Shown here in pieces: positions 23,165-30,971 of a DNA stretch of 33,676 nucleotides. Position numbers and translations under genes: made by a program. The notes beneath the pieces are model-generated. The model was not told the DNA's origin and searched no databases. It worked only from the letters and a program-made list of their open reading frames with translations. Numbering within the stretch: the first letter of the stretch is position 1; each line of letters starts with the position of its first letter. This DNA is from Bifidobacteriaceae bacterium (lineage in GTDB: Bacteria; Actinomycetota; Actinomycetes; Actinomycetales; WQXJ01). The stretch spans positions 1-33,676 of the forward strand of contig JAITJY010000318.1 in assembly GCA_031278675.1 (NCBI GenBank), read 5' to 3'.

Positions 23165-25048
23165 TCATGCCGTGACCGTGATGACAGAGACCTGCGGCGA
23201 GGCCTCAGCGGCGCCGCCGGCCAAGGGCGCCGCGGGCGGCCACTCGTCGCTGGGACGGCGCTTCCGCCACCGCCTGGCCTGGTCGGGTGGTTCGGTGGAC
23301 GGTTCCGCCTGGCCGCTCGGGCCATCGGCGCATGCCACCTCCGGCGCGAGCGGGGGCACCTGGACGCGCTTGATCAAGGGGTGATGGCTCGGCTGACCGA
23401 CCTCTGCGCTCGAGAACAGCGCCTCATGCAGTTTCTCGCCGGGACGCAGCCCGGTGAACTTGATCGCGAGGTCGTGTCCGGATTCGGCGATCAGGTGGGT
23501 CGCCAAGTCGACGATCCTGACCGGATCGCCCATGTCGAGGACCAGCACGTCTCCGCTGAAGCCGCCGGCGCCAGCCTGTAGGACCAGCTCACAGGCCTCG
23601 GGGATGGTCATGAAATACCGCGTCACATCGGGGTGAGTGATCGTCAGAGGACCGCCGTTCGCGATTTGCGCTCTGAACGTGTCGAGCACGGAGCCGCGCG
23701 AGCCGAGCACGTTGCCGAACCGCACCGACACGTAAGGCGCGTCGAGTTGGGTGGCGAAGTGGGCTGTCATCCTCTCGGCGACACGCTTCGTGCGTCCGAG
23801 CACGCTTGATGGGTCGGCCGCCTTGTCGGTGGAGATGTTCACGAAGTGCGTCACGCCGGCCTCGGCGGCGCAGGCAAGCACGTTGGCGGTGCCGACGACG
23901 TTGGTCTTGAATCCCTCCGCGGGGAAGCGCTCGAGCACCGGGAGATGTTTCAGCGCGGCCGCGTGGAACACGACATCGGGCTGCTCAGCGCGGAAGACGC
24001 CCACGAGAGCGTCGTAGTCCCGGATGTCGCAAAGCACCGTCTCGTCGGTGTGGAGCAACCCGGAGCCGCTGATCGAGAGCGCCACAGCGTGCAGGGCCGA
24101 CTCGTCGCGGTCGAGCAGCGCCACTCTGGCGGGGGCCAGGCGGTGGACTTGACGCGCCAGCTCGGCGCCGATGGAGCCTCCGGCGCCCGTGATCAACACT
24201 CTGCGACCGTTGATGTAGCCCGCGATCGCCGCCAGGTCCGTGGACACCGGCCGGCGGCCCAGAAGATCGCTCAAATCGAGGTCGCGTAGCTGGTCCAAGC
24301 GAATCCGGCCACCGATCATCTCGTGCAGAGGCGGCACGGCCGCGAACGCCAAGCCGATCTGCCGACAGCGCTCGCGGACCTCGCGCAGCAACGCGGGCGA
24401 GGCGCCAGCCATCGCCACCACCAAAGCCGCCGCGCCTTGCTCCCGTGCCACCCGGACCAAGTCCTCGCCTGTGCCCAAGACCCGGTGGCCTTCGACCCGC
24501 CGCAAGCGCTTGCTCTCGTTGTCGTCCAAGAATCCGACGATTGAGTAGGGGGAGTCCTGACTCGTGACGATCTGCCGGGCGATCTGGTGGCCCAACTCGC
24601 CGGCACCATAAATCAAGGTCGGGGTCTCACCCCCGCCGCCGCGCCGCCGGATCAACTCGCGATAGGCGCGCCAGGCGTAACGGCCGGACACCATCAGCAT
24701 CAGCGCCAGCGCGGGCAGGGCGATCAGCGCGCCCCGTGGCGCCCCGATTGGCAGGACGCTGGCCAGCACTAATAGCGTCGCGCCGATCACCGCCACAGTG
24801 CCGCCCAGCCAAGAAACGTCCAGGAAACTGCCGATGCGGCTACGGCCCAGATAGATCTGGGTCGCGAGCCCGCCCACAACCTGGAAGACGATGGCAGTGG
24901 CGACGTAAGTCGCCGACCCGCGCCATTCGGCCGCATCCATCTCGAAGTCGTAACGCATCAACGCGAACCAGCCCAGCGCCAGCACCCAGCACAACACGTC
25001 CCAAGAGATCAAACCGATCGACCGATGTCGCGCCAGCAGTTGGCGCAT
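23165..25048 (-). CDS. Polysaccharide biosynthesis protein CapD/WbpM/PglF-type (membrane-anchored UDP-HexNAc 4,6-dehydratase)
   Basis: 627 aa with four N-terminal TM segments. It has two Rossmann regions (LIYGAGELGHQI and VLITGAGGSIGAEL) and CapD-type motifs (FVNISTDKAADPSSVLGRTKR, VRFGNVLGSRGSV). GGAGG lies 5 nt upstream of ATG 25048. The last ~60 aa are low-complexity. Confidence 0.85.
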   Translation of the reverse strand: MRQLLARHRSIGLISWDVLCWVLALGWFALMRYDFEMDAAEWRGSATYVATAIVFQVVGGLATQIYLGRSRIGSFLDVSWLGGTVAVIGATLLVLASVLPIGAPRGALIALPALALMLMVSGRYAWRAYRELIRRRGGGGETPTLIYGAGELGHQIARQIVTSQDSPYSIVGFLDDNESKRLRRVEGHRVLGTGEDLVRVAREQGAAALVVAMAGASPALLREVRERCRQIGLAFAAVPPLHEMIGGRIRLDQLRDLDLSDLLGRRPVSTDLAAIAGYINGRRVLITGAGGSIGAELARQVHRLAPARVALLDRDESALHAVALSISGSGLLHTDETVLCDIRDYDALVGVFRAEQPDVVFHAAALKHLPVLERFPAEGFKTNVVGTANVLACAAEAGVTHFVNISTDKAADPSSVLGRTKRVAERMTAHFATQLDAPYVSVRFGNVLGSRGSVLDTFRAQIANGGPLTITHPDVTRYFMTIPEACELVLQAGAGGFSGDVLVLDMGDPVRIVDLATHLIAESGHDLAIKFTGLRPGEKLHEALFSSAEVGQPSHHPLIKRVQVPPLAPEVACADGPSGQAEPSTEPPDQARRWRKRRPSDEWPPAAPLAGGAAEASPQVSVITVTA

Positions 25049-25270
25049 GACAACCTCCTCGACTCAGGACAAGCAAACTGAGCGCTCGGCGTGGGAAACA
25101 GGAGCGCAGCCCGTGCCACACTCGTCAATCACCATACAACACCGCGTCAGCCCGTCATCGTGTGCGCGGCGGCGCGCCGGAATAGGACTGGCCAGAACCA
25201 CGGCCACTGTGAAGGCGCGCGGGAAGGCGAAGTCTGAACCAAATGGCGGGCCTCGGCGCAGCCCCTCGGG

Positions 25271-25276
25271 TACGAT
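25271..25276 (+). promoter_or_regulatory. Candidate -10 hexamer TACGAT for a leaderless wecB transcript
   Basis: The TANNNT hexamer lies directly before GTG 25277 and 6 nt before the in-frame GTG 25283. It is in the 228-bp divergent region shared with the capD-like gene. Confidence 0.25.
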
Positions 25277-26431
25277 GTGCCGGTGCCTGCTATCCCGGTC
25301 ATGGCGGTTTTCGGAACTCGCCCTGAGGCGATCAAGTTGGCGCCGGTCATCAGCGCGCTGCGGAGTTCTCCCCTGTTCGTCTGCCAAGTCGTCGTGACCG
25401 GGCAACACCCCGAGATGGTCGGCCGGATCAACGAACTCTTCGGGATCGTCCCCGACACGGCGATCGACGTCTACTCGCCGCGCTCCGACCCGGGCGGGAT
25501 GGTCGCCAGGACCCTCGAACAGTTGGCGCCCGAGTTGGCGCGTCTCCAGCCGCGCGCGGTGTTGGTCCAAGGGGACACGTCGTCTGCGCTGGGAGCGGGT
25601 CTGGCGGCCTTCTTCGCGGGCGTCCCTGTTGTTCACGTCGAAGCCGGGCTGCGGACCGGGAACCTCGCGGCGCCGTTCCCCGAAGAGGGCAACCGGCGGC
25701 TGCTCTCCCAGATCAGCGCGCTGCACCTCGCCCCGACGCAGCGGAACCGGCAGAACTTGCTGACAGAAGGGATCGACCCTGCGTCCGTGGCGGTGACCGG
25801 CAACACCGTGATCGACGCGCTTCTCGCGGCTGCGAGTTCAGACGGCCAGGTGCGGGACAGCACCGTGCGCGCGGCGCTTCAGTCGGGGCGGCGCCTGGTG
25901 CTGGTGACGGCCCACCGCCGCGAATCCTGGGGGAAGCCGATGGCCCGGATCGCCGAGGCGCTGCGCGAACTCGCCGAACTGGAGCCGGACGTCGGCTTTG
26001 TGCTGCCGCTGCACCCGAACCCGCTGGTGCGAGACGTGTTGGCGCCGCCGCTCAGGGCGCGCGCGAACGTCTACTTGACGGAACCGCTCGACTACCTGGA
26101 CTTGGTGCGCGTGATCCAAGCGTCCGCCCTGGTGCTGACCGATTCCGGCGGCATCCAGGAGGAGGCGCCTGCCCTGGGCGTGCCTGTTCTTGTGCTCAGG
26201 GACAGCACGGAGCGGCCGGAAGGCGTGGCGGCGGGCAACGCGCGGCTGGTCGGCGCCGAGAGCGGCAGGATAGTCGAACAGACCAGACTCTTGTTGGACG
26301 ATGCCGTCGCGCGGCAAGCGATGGCTGGGGCGCGGAACCCGTACGGCGACGGCGGGGCGGCCGCGCGGAGCGTGGCCGCGCTGGCTGAATTCTTCGGGGT
26401 CGGCAGGCGCCTGCCGGACTTCGCGGGCTGA
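25277..26431 (+). CDS. wecB: UDP-N-acetylglucosamine 2-epimerase (non-hydrolysing)
   Basis: MAVFGTRPEAIKLAPV, GDTSSALGAGLAAFFAGVPVVHVEAGLRT, PEEGNRRL and LTDSGGIQEEAPALGVPVLVLRDSTERPE are classical WecB/MnaA motifs. The start may be GTG 25277, GTG 25283 or ATG 25301. Confidence 0.92.
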   Translation: MPVPAIPVMAVFGTRPEAIKLAPVISALRSSPLFVCQVVVTGQHPEMVGRINELFGIVPDTAIDVYSPRSDPGGMVARTLEQLAPELARLQPRAVLVQGDTSSALGAGLAAFFAGVPVVHVEAGLRTGNLAAPFPEEGNRRLLSQISALHLAPTQRNRQNLLTEGIDPASVAVTGNTVIDALLAAASSDGQVRDSTVRAALQSGRRLVLVTAHRRESWGKPMARIAEALRELAELEPDVGFVLPLHPNPLVRDVLAPPLRARANVYLTEPLDYLDLVRVIQASALVLTDSGGIQEEAPALGVPVLVLRDSTERPEGVAAGNARLVGAESGRIVEQTRLLLDDAVARQAMAGARNPYGDGGAAARSVAALAEFFGVGRRLPDFAG

Positions 26432-26452
26432 GAGAATAAGGTGCGATAAACG

Positions 26453-27697
26453 GTGCGGCAGCAGATTTCGAGCGTGTGTGTGGTGGGTTTGGGGTATATC
26501 GGTTTGCCGACGGCGGCGATGCTGGCCAGCCGTGGTCTGGCGGTCATCGGCGTGGACACCAAGCCCTCCACACTTGGCGCGGTGGCCAACGGCGAGACGC
26601 CATTCGTCGAACCCGACCTGGCCGAATTGGTGCGGCGGGCGGTCGCGGCGGGCAGCTTGACCGTCGCAGCCGTCCCCGCGCCGGCGGACGCGTTCGTCAT
26701 CGCCGTGCCCACCCCGGTGAACGCCGACCGGAGCCCGGATTTAAGCCACGTCTTCGCGGCGGTCGACTCGATCTGCCCCGTGCTGCGGCCTGGCGCGCTG
26801 GTGGTGCTCGAGTCGACATCGCCACCTGGCACAACCGCTCGGGTCGCTCAGCGGATCGCGGAGAGACGCCCCGACTTGGCGGCCCCGGGTGGTGACATGG
26901 CCGTGGAGATCGCCTACTGCCCTGAGCGGGTGTTGCCCGGCCGGGTGGTGCATGAGCTGCGGTTCAACGACCGGATTGTCGGCGGCTTGACGCCGCGGGC
27001 CGCTTCGCGGGCGGGTGTCCTCTATCGGACGTTCTGCGAAGGAGAGATCATGCCCACGGACGCGGTCACCGCGGAGATGGCGAAACTCGTGGAGAACGCT
27101 TTCCGGGACGTCAACATCGCGTTCGCCAACGAATTGTCTGTGGTGTGCGAGAACCTGGGCGTGGACGTCCGGGAGTTGATCGCCCTGGCGAACCACCATC
27201 CCAGAGTGTCAATTCTGAGCCCCGGACCAGGCGTGGGCGGCCATTGCATCGCTGTGGACCCGTGGTTCATCGCGGCGGCCGACCCGGCCAGCACCCGGTT
27301 GATCCAGTGCGCCCGCCGCGTCAACGACTCCATGCCCGCGTGGGTTGGCGCCAGGGTCGAAGCCGCGTTGGCGGAGACGCAGGCGCCCACTGTGGTGGCG
27401 TTGGGGTTGGCGTTCAAGGCCAATATCGACGATCTGCGGCAATCGCCCGCCCGGGAGGTTGTGGCCCGCTTGGCGCAGGCTCATCCCGATGGCGTGATCA
27501 GAGTGGTGGAACCCCATGTCAGCGCGCTGCCAGCCGAATTGGCGGCCCGGTCGAACGTGGAGCTGGTGAGCTTTGAGACCGCTTTCGCGGGCGCGGACGC
27601 TGTGGTCTTGTTGGTCGACCACGACGCCTTCCGGACCCGACCCCCAGACCTCGCGCCGGACATCCCCGTGATCGACACCCGGGGGCTGTGGCGCTGA
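26453..27697 (+). CDS. wecC: UDP-N-acetyl-D-mannosamine dehydrogenase (UDP-glucose/GDP-mannose dehydrogenase family)
   Basis: VCVVGLGYIGLPTAAMLA (NAD fold), AYCPERVLPG, AEMAKLVENAFRDVNIAFANEL, GGHCIAVDPWF (catalytic Cys). It lies immediately downstream of wecB, which is the classical wecB-wecC pairing. Confidence 0.85.
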   Translation: MRQQISSVCVVGLGYIGLPTAAMLASRGLAVIGVDTKPSTLGAVANGETPFVEPDLAELVRRAVAAGSLTVAAVPAPADAFVIAVPTPVNADRSPDLSHVFAAVDSICPVLRPGALVVLESTSPPGTTARVAQRIAERRPDLAAPGGDMAVEIAYCPERVLPGRVVHELRFNDRIVGGLTPRAASRAGVLYRTFCEGEIMPTDAVTAEMAKLVENAFRDVNIAFANELSVVCENLGVDVRELIALANHHPRVSILSPGPGVGGHCIAVDPWFIAAADPASTRLIQCARRVNDSMPAWVGARVEAALAETQAPTVVALGLAFKANIDDLRQSPAREVVARLAQAHPDGVIRVVEPHVSALPAELAARSNVELVSFETAFAGADAVVLLVDHDAFRTRPPDLAPDIPVIDTRGLWR

Positions 27698-27828
27698 CGT
27701 GGCGTGGGCCGCCGCCGATCCGTGGCGGAGCGTGAGCGCCACGCGGGCCGTCCAACCTGCCCACAGGGACCCGCGCAAGCCGTCCCGCACCCGGCCGGCT
27801 TGCCGCCTTGCCTGGTTGACGTGCCTGT

Positions 27829-27834
27829 TAGCAT
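27829..27834 (+). promoter_or_regulatory. Candidate -10 hexamer TAGCAT for a leaderless ugd transcript
   Basis: The TANNNT hexamer ends 6 nt before GTG 27841. No SD-like purine run lies between them. Confidence 0.3.
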
Positions 27835-27840
27835 GACTCG

Positions 27841-29157
27841 GTGCGGATTTCGGTGATTGGCTGCGGCTATCTTGGCGCGGTGCACGCGGCGGCAATGGCG
27901 TCGCTGGGACACAATGTGGTCGGCGTGGACAAGGACCCGGTCAAAGTTGACCGGCTGGCGGGCGGTGAGGCGCCGTTCTTCGAGCCCGGGCTAGAAGAAT
28001 TGTTGGAGCGCGGCGCCGTTTCCGGGAGTCTGGAATTCACCACGGATCTGGGGCGCGTGGCGGGGGCGAAGATCCACTTCGTGTGCGTCGGCACGCCCCA
28101 AGCGGCGTCCGGTTTAGGCGCCGACCTCGCGGCGCTGGACGGGGCTGTCGACTCTCTGATCCCGTTCCTCAGTCCCGGGAACGTGGTGGTGGGCAAGTCG
28201 ACGGCGCCTGTGGGCACCGCCCGCAGGCTCGCTGGCGCCCTGCCCGCCGGAGTGGCTCTGGTGTGGAATCCGGAGTTCTTGCGAGAAGGGAGCGCCGTGG
28301 CTGACACATTGCGCCCGGACCGGATCGTTTACGGTGTCGCGGATTCGGGAGAACCGCGCGGCGCGGCAGAATTGGATTCCGTTTACGGTTCCATATTGGA
28401 AGCTGGCGTCCCCAGGTTGGCCATGTCCTATGAGTCGGCGGAATTGGTCAAGACCGCCGCGAACTCGTATCTGGCGGTGCGGGTCAGTTTCATCAACGCG
28501 GTCTCGGATCTGGCGGACGCCTCGGGCGCGGACGTGCTGGATGTGGCGGCGGCGTTGCGCCTGGACCCGCGCATCGGGTCTCGTTTCTTGAACCCCGGGC
28601 TGGGCTTCGGGGGCGGTTGCCTGCCGAAGGACTTGCGGGCGCTGGCGGCCCGCGCCGATGAACTCGAGGCGCCGCTGACGGCGGATTTGTTACGCGTCGC
28701 GGACTGTGTCAACGAGGCGCGAATTGGCCGCGTGGCCGCTTTGGCCGCGGCGGGGCTGGGCGGTTCGCTCGACGGCCGCCGGGTCGCGCTGTTGGGCTTG
28801 GCGTTCAAGCCGCTGTCCGACGACGTGCGCAACAGCCCAGCGGTGCGTCTCGCGGCGGCGCTGGCCGGCGCGGGCGCCCGGGTGGTCGCGACCGACCCCG
28901 TGGCCGTGGGCGCGGCGCGCCCGGGACTGGAATTTGCCGTAGGTGTGCGCGAGGCGGTGGCCGGCGCTGAGTTGTTGGTGTTGGCGACGGAGTGGCCGCA
29001 GTACCGGGAACTGGACCCGGCAGAGGTGGCCGGTTGGACCGCGGCGCGGGTGATCGTGGACGCGCGGTGTGTCTTGGACCGGGCCGTGTGGGCAGCGGCC
29101 GGCTGGACGGTGCTGGCCCCCGGCCGGCCCAGCCCTGATCCCCGCCGTTTGTCGTGA
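27841..29157 (+). CDS. ugd: UDP-glucose 6-dehydrogenase
   Basis: VRISVIGCGYLGAVHAAAMA, WNPEFLREGSAV, ELVKTAANSYLAVRVSFINA, GFGGGCLPKD (catalytic Cys), LGLAFKPLSDDVRNSPA. Confidence 0.9.
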   Translation: MRISVIGCGYLGAVHAAAMASLGHNVVGVDKDPVKVDRLAGGEAPFFEPGLEELLERGAVSGSLEFTTDLGRVAGAKIHFVCVGTPQAASGLGADLAALDGAVDSLIPFLSPGNVVVGKSTAPVGTARRLAGALPAGVALVWNPEFLREGSAVADTLRPDRIVYGVADSGEPRGAAELDSVYGSILEAGVPRLAMSYESAELVKTAANSYLAVRVSFINAVSDLADASGADVLDVAAALRLDPRIGSRFLNPGLGFGGGCLPKDLRALAARADELEAPLTADLLRVADCVNEARIGRVAALAAAGLGGSLDGRRVALLGLAFKPLSDDVRNSPAVRLAAALAGAGARVVATDPVAVGAARPGLEFAVGVREAVAGAELLVLATEWPQYRELDPAEVAGWTAARVIVDARCVLDRAVWAAAGWTVLAPGRPSPDPRRLS

Positions 29158-29252
29158 TGTTCCCCACGCGGCGTGGCTTGAGCATCTAGGCGCACCTGTC
29201 ATCTCGCCCCCGGGCTGAACCAGCAGGAGACCACCACGCCCTGGTCCAACGA

Positions 29253-29276
29253 GCCGCGTCGGGGATGTGACGCGGC
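29253..29276. terminator. Hairpin between convergent ugd and mntH (possible bidirectional terminator)
   Basis: gccgcgtc (29253-29260) pairs with gacgcggc (29269-29276), giving an 8-bp stem and an 8-nt loop. No clear T-tract is present. Confidence 0.3.
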
Positions 29277-29282
29277 CTGGGG

Positions 29283-30722
29283 TCACGCCACCGTCAGCCA
29301 GATCAGCGCCAGGTTCAGCGCCACGATCAGCGCGGTGGCAGTCCAGGCGGCTATGTGGGTGACTGGCCGGTTGACGGCATCGCCCATCACGGAGCGACGG
29401 CCGGTCAGGTAGACGAGCGGAACTATCGCGAACGGTATGCCGAACGAAAGCACCACCTGCGAGATCACCAACGCCCACGAGGGTGAGGCCCCCGCCGCCA
29501 GCACGATCAGCGCCGGGATGAGCGTCACCACGCGCACCGCCAGCAGCGGGGGGCGGATGCGGAGGAAACCGTAGATGATCTCGGCGCCGGCGTAGGAGCC
29601 CACCGAGGTCGAGGCGAGCCCCGAGAACAGCAAACCGATCGCGAAAACCACTCCGACCGCCGGCCCCATCGCTTCCGAGATGGCCGCGTGCGCCCCCTCG
29701 ATGCTGTCTGTGCCGCTCACGCCTCGCAGGTTCGCGGCGGCGAGCACCAGCATCGCGATGTTGACCGATCCCGCGACCACCAGCGCGCACAACACATCCC
29801 ACCGCGTCGCGCGGATCAAGTGCCGGCGTTTGGCCGGGTCGCCAACCCGCCCGTGGCGGTCCCTCGTCAAGGAAGAGTGCAGGTAGACCGCGTGCGGCAT
29901 CACGGTGGCGCCCAGCATCGACGCGGCCAGCAGCACCGAATCCGTGCCCCTGAAGCGCGGCTCCAACCCGGCCAGCATCTCGGTGGCGCTGACCGGCGAG
30001 ATCGCCAGCCCCGAGACGAACCCCACCGTGATGATCACCAGCATTCCCGTGATGACCAGCTCAAACGACCGTTGGCCCCGCCTCGATTGGACGGCCAGCA
30101 CACCGATCGAGACCACGCCAGTGATCACGCCGCCAGCTAGCAGCGGCAAACCGAACAGCAGGTTGAGCGCGATCGCACCGCCGATCACTTCCGCGAGGTC
30201 GGTGGCGACGGCGATGATCTCCGCCTGGCCGAAGTACGCCAGCCGCGCCTTGTGTCCCAGCCGGGCCGCGAGCATCTGCGGCAGCGACCGTCCCGTCGCG
30301 ATCCCGAGCTTCGCGCTCAGGTATTGCACCAGCACCGCCATCGCGTTGGCCAGCACCAGCACCCACACCAGCAGGTAGCCGTAGCGCGCGCCCGCGGTGA
30401 GATTGGCGGCGACGTTGCCCGGGTCGACGTAGGCGACCGCCGCCACAAAGGCCGGTCCGAACAGGCGCAACATGCGGGCGCGGCTTCGGTGTTTGTGGCG
30501 CCGCCCAGAGTGCGGCCGCTTCTCCCAGCCGCCGATGCCGTCCGGTCGCGCCCCCGCCGCCGTCGCGTCGGCCGTCGAGCCGGCTGGGCAGCCTGGCTGG
30601 CGCGGTTCCGGTCCGCCGGGAGTGGCGCTGAGCGCGGCGCGGGCCTCGCCGTCGGGGAGCTTGGTCGGCGCCGCGGGGGCGCTGTTCGGCGCGTCGTGGT
30701 GGCCGGCCGGTCCGCCCGTCAC
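29283..30722 (-). CDS. mntH: Nramp-family divalent metal (Mn2+/Fe2+) transporter
   Basis: GPAFVAAVAYVDPGNVAANLTAGARYGYLLVWVLVLANAMAVLVQYLSAKLG and MPHAVYLHS are Nramp signatures. I chose GTG 30722 as the start because GGAGG lies 4 nt upstream. The conservative core start is ATG 30473. The track start at 30848 falls inside a DtxR-like operator and gives a low-complexity N-terminus. Confidence 0.85.
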   Translation of the reverse strand: MTGGPAGHHDAPNSAPAAPTKLPDGEARAALSATPGGPEPRQPGCPAGSTADATAAGARPDGIGGWEKRPHSGRRHKHRSRARMLRLFGPAFVAAVAYVDPGNVAANLTAGARYGYLLVWVLVLANAMAVLVQYLSAKLGIATGRSLPQMLAARLGHKARLAYFGQAEIIAVATDLAEVIGGAIALNLLFGLPLLAGGVITGVVSIGVLAVQSRRGQRSFELVITGMLVIITVGFVSGLAISPVSATEMLAGLEPRFRGTDSVLLAASMLGATVMPHAVYLHSSLTRDRHGRVGDPAKRRHLIRATRWDVLCALVVAGSVNIAMLVLAAANLRGVSGTDSIEGAHAAISEAMGPAVGVVFAIGLLFSGLASTSVGSYAGAEIIYGFLRIRPPLLAVRVVTLIPALIVLAAGASPSWALVISQVVLSFGIPFAIVPLVYLTGRRSVMGDAVNRPVTHIAAWTATALIVALNLALIWLTVA

Positions 30723-30840
30723 GTTCCCTCCGATCCGATCGGAGCCGCGCCCCCGGGGATGGACCGTGTGGGCGCCGGGTGCGGCGGTCAGCGCCGCCGC
30801 CCTGGTCCCGCGGGCCCGGGCCGCGGCTCTTGGCGTCACC

Positions 30841-30859
30841 TGAGGCAAGGCAAGCCTAA
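30841..30859 (-). promoter_or_regulatory. Candidate DtxR/IdeR/MntR-family operator upstream of mntH
   Basis: The minus-strand reading TTAGGCTTGCCTTGCCTCA matches the 19-bp DtxR/IdeR-type consensus TTAGGTTAGCCTAACCTAA at 14 of 19 positions (hand count). Confidence 0.4.
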
Positions 30860-30864
30860 GGCGG

Positions 30865-30898
30865 CCCGAAACTAAAAGTTCGGGTACCCGAAATCATA
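30865..30898 (-). promoter_or_regulatory. Candidate mntH promoter: -10 TATGAT abutting a perfect 14-bp palindrome TTCGGGTACCCGAA plus a third CCCGAA half-site
   Basis: The minus-strand reading is TATGAT (30898-30893), then TTCGGGTACCCGAA (30892-30879), then CTTTTAGT, then TTCGGG (30870-30865). This is an unusually AT-rich patch for this genome. Confidence 0.35.
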
Positions 30899-30971
30899 GC
30901 GCGCGGGCGGCGCAGGCCCGTCCGGGCCAGCCCGCGCTGCGCCAGCGTCTAGGAGCGCCGTCAGGCGGGGT

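Noticed and set aside
25064-26832. Minus-strand ORFs (220 aa, 159 aa, 246 aa) opposite wecB and wecC
   Set aside because: These are shadow ORFs opposite genes with textbook WecB/WecC motifs. Their composition is low-complexity and Arg/Pro/Ser-rich.
28428-29802. 255-aa and 370-aa minus-strand ORFs overlapping ugd and mntH
   Set aside because: They are low-complexity (Ala/Arg/Pro/Ser or Arg/Gly) and span the convergent intergenic region. They conflict with two strongly supported genes.
30723-30848. Extreme N-terminal extension of mntH (track start 30848)
   Set aside because: That start codon would lie inside the DtxR-like operator. The extra residues are Ala/Arg/Pro low-complexity. GTG 30722 has a GGAGG site, although ATG 30473 remains possible.
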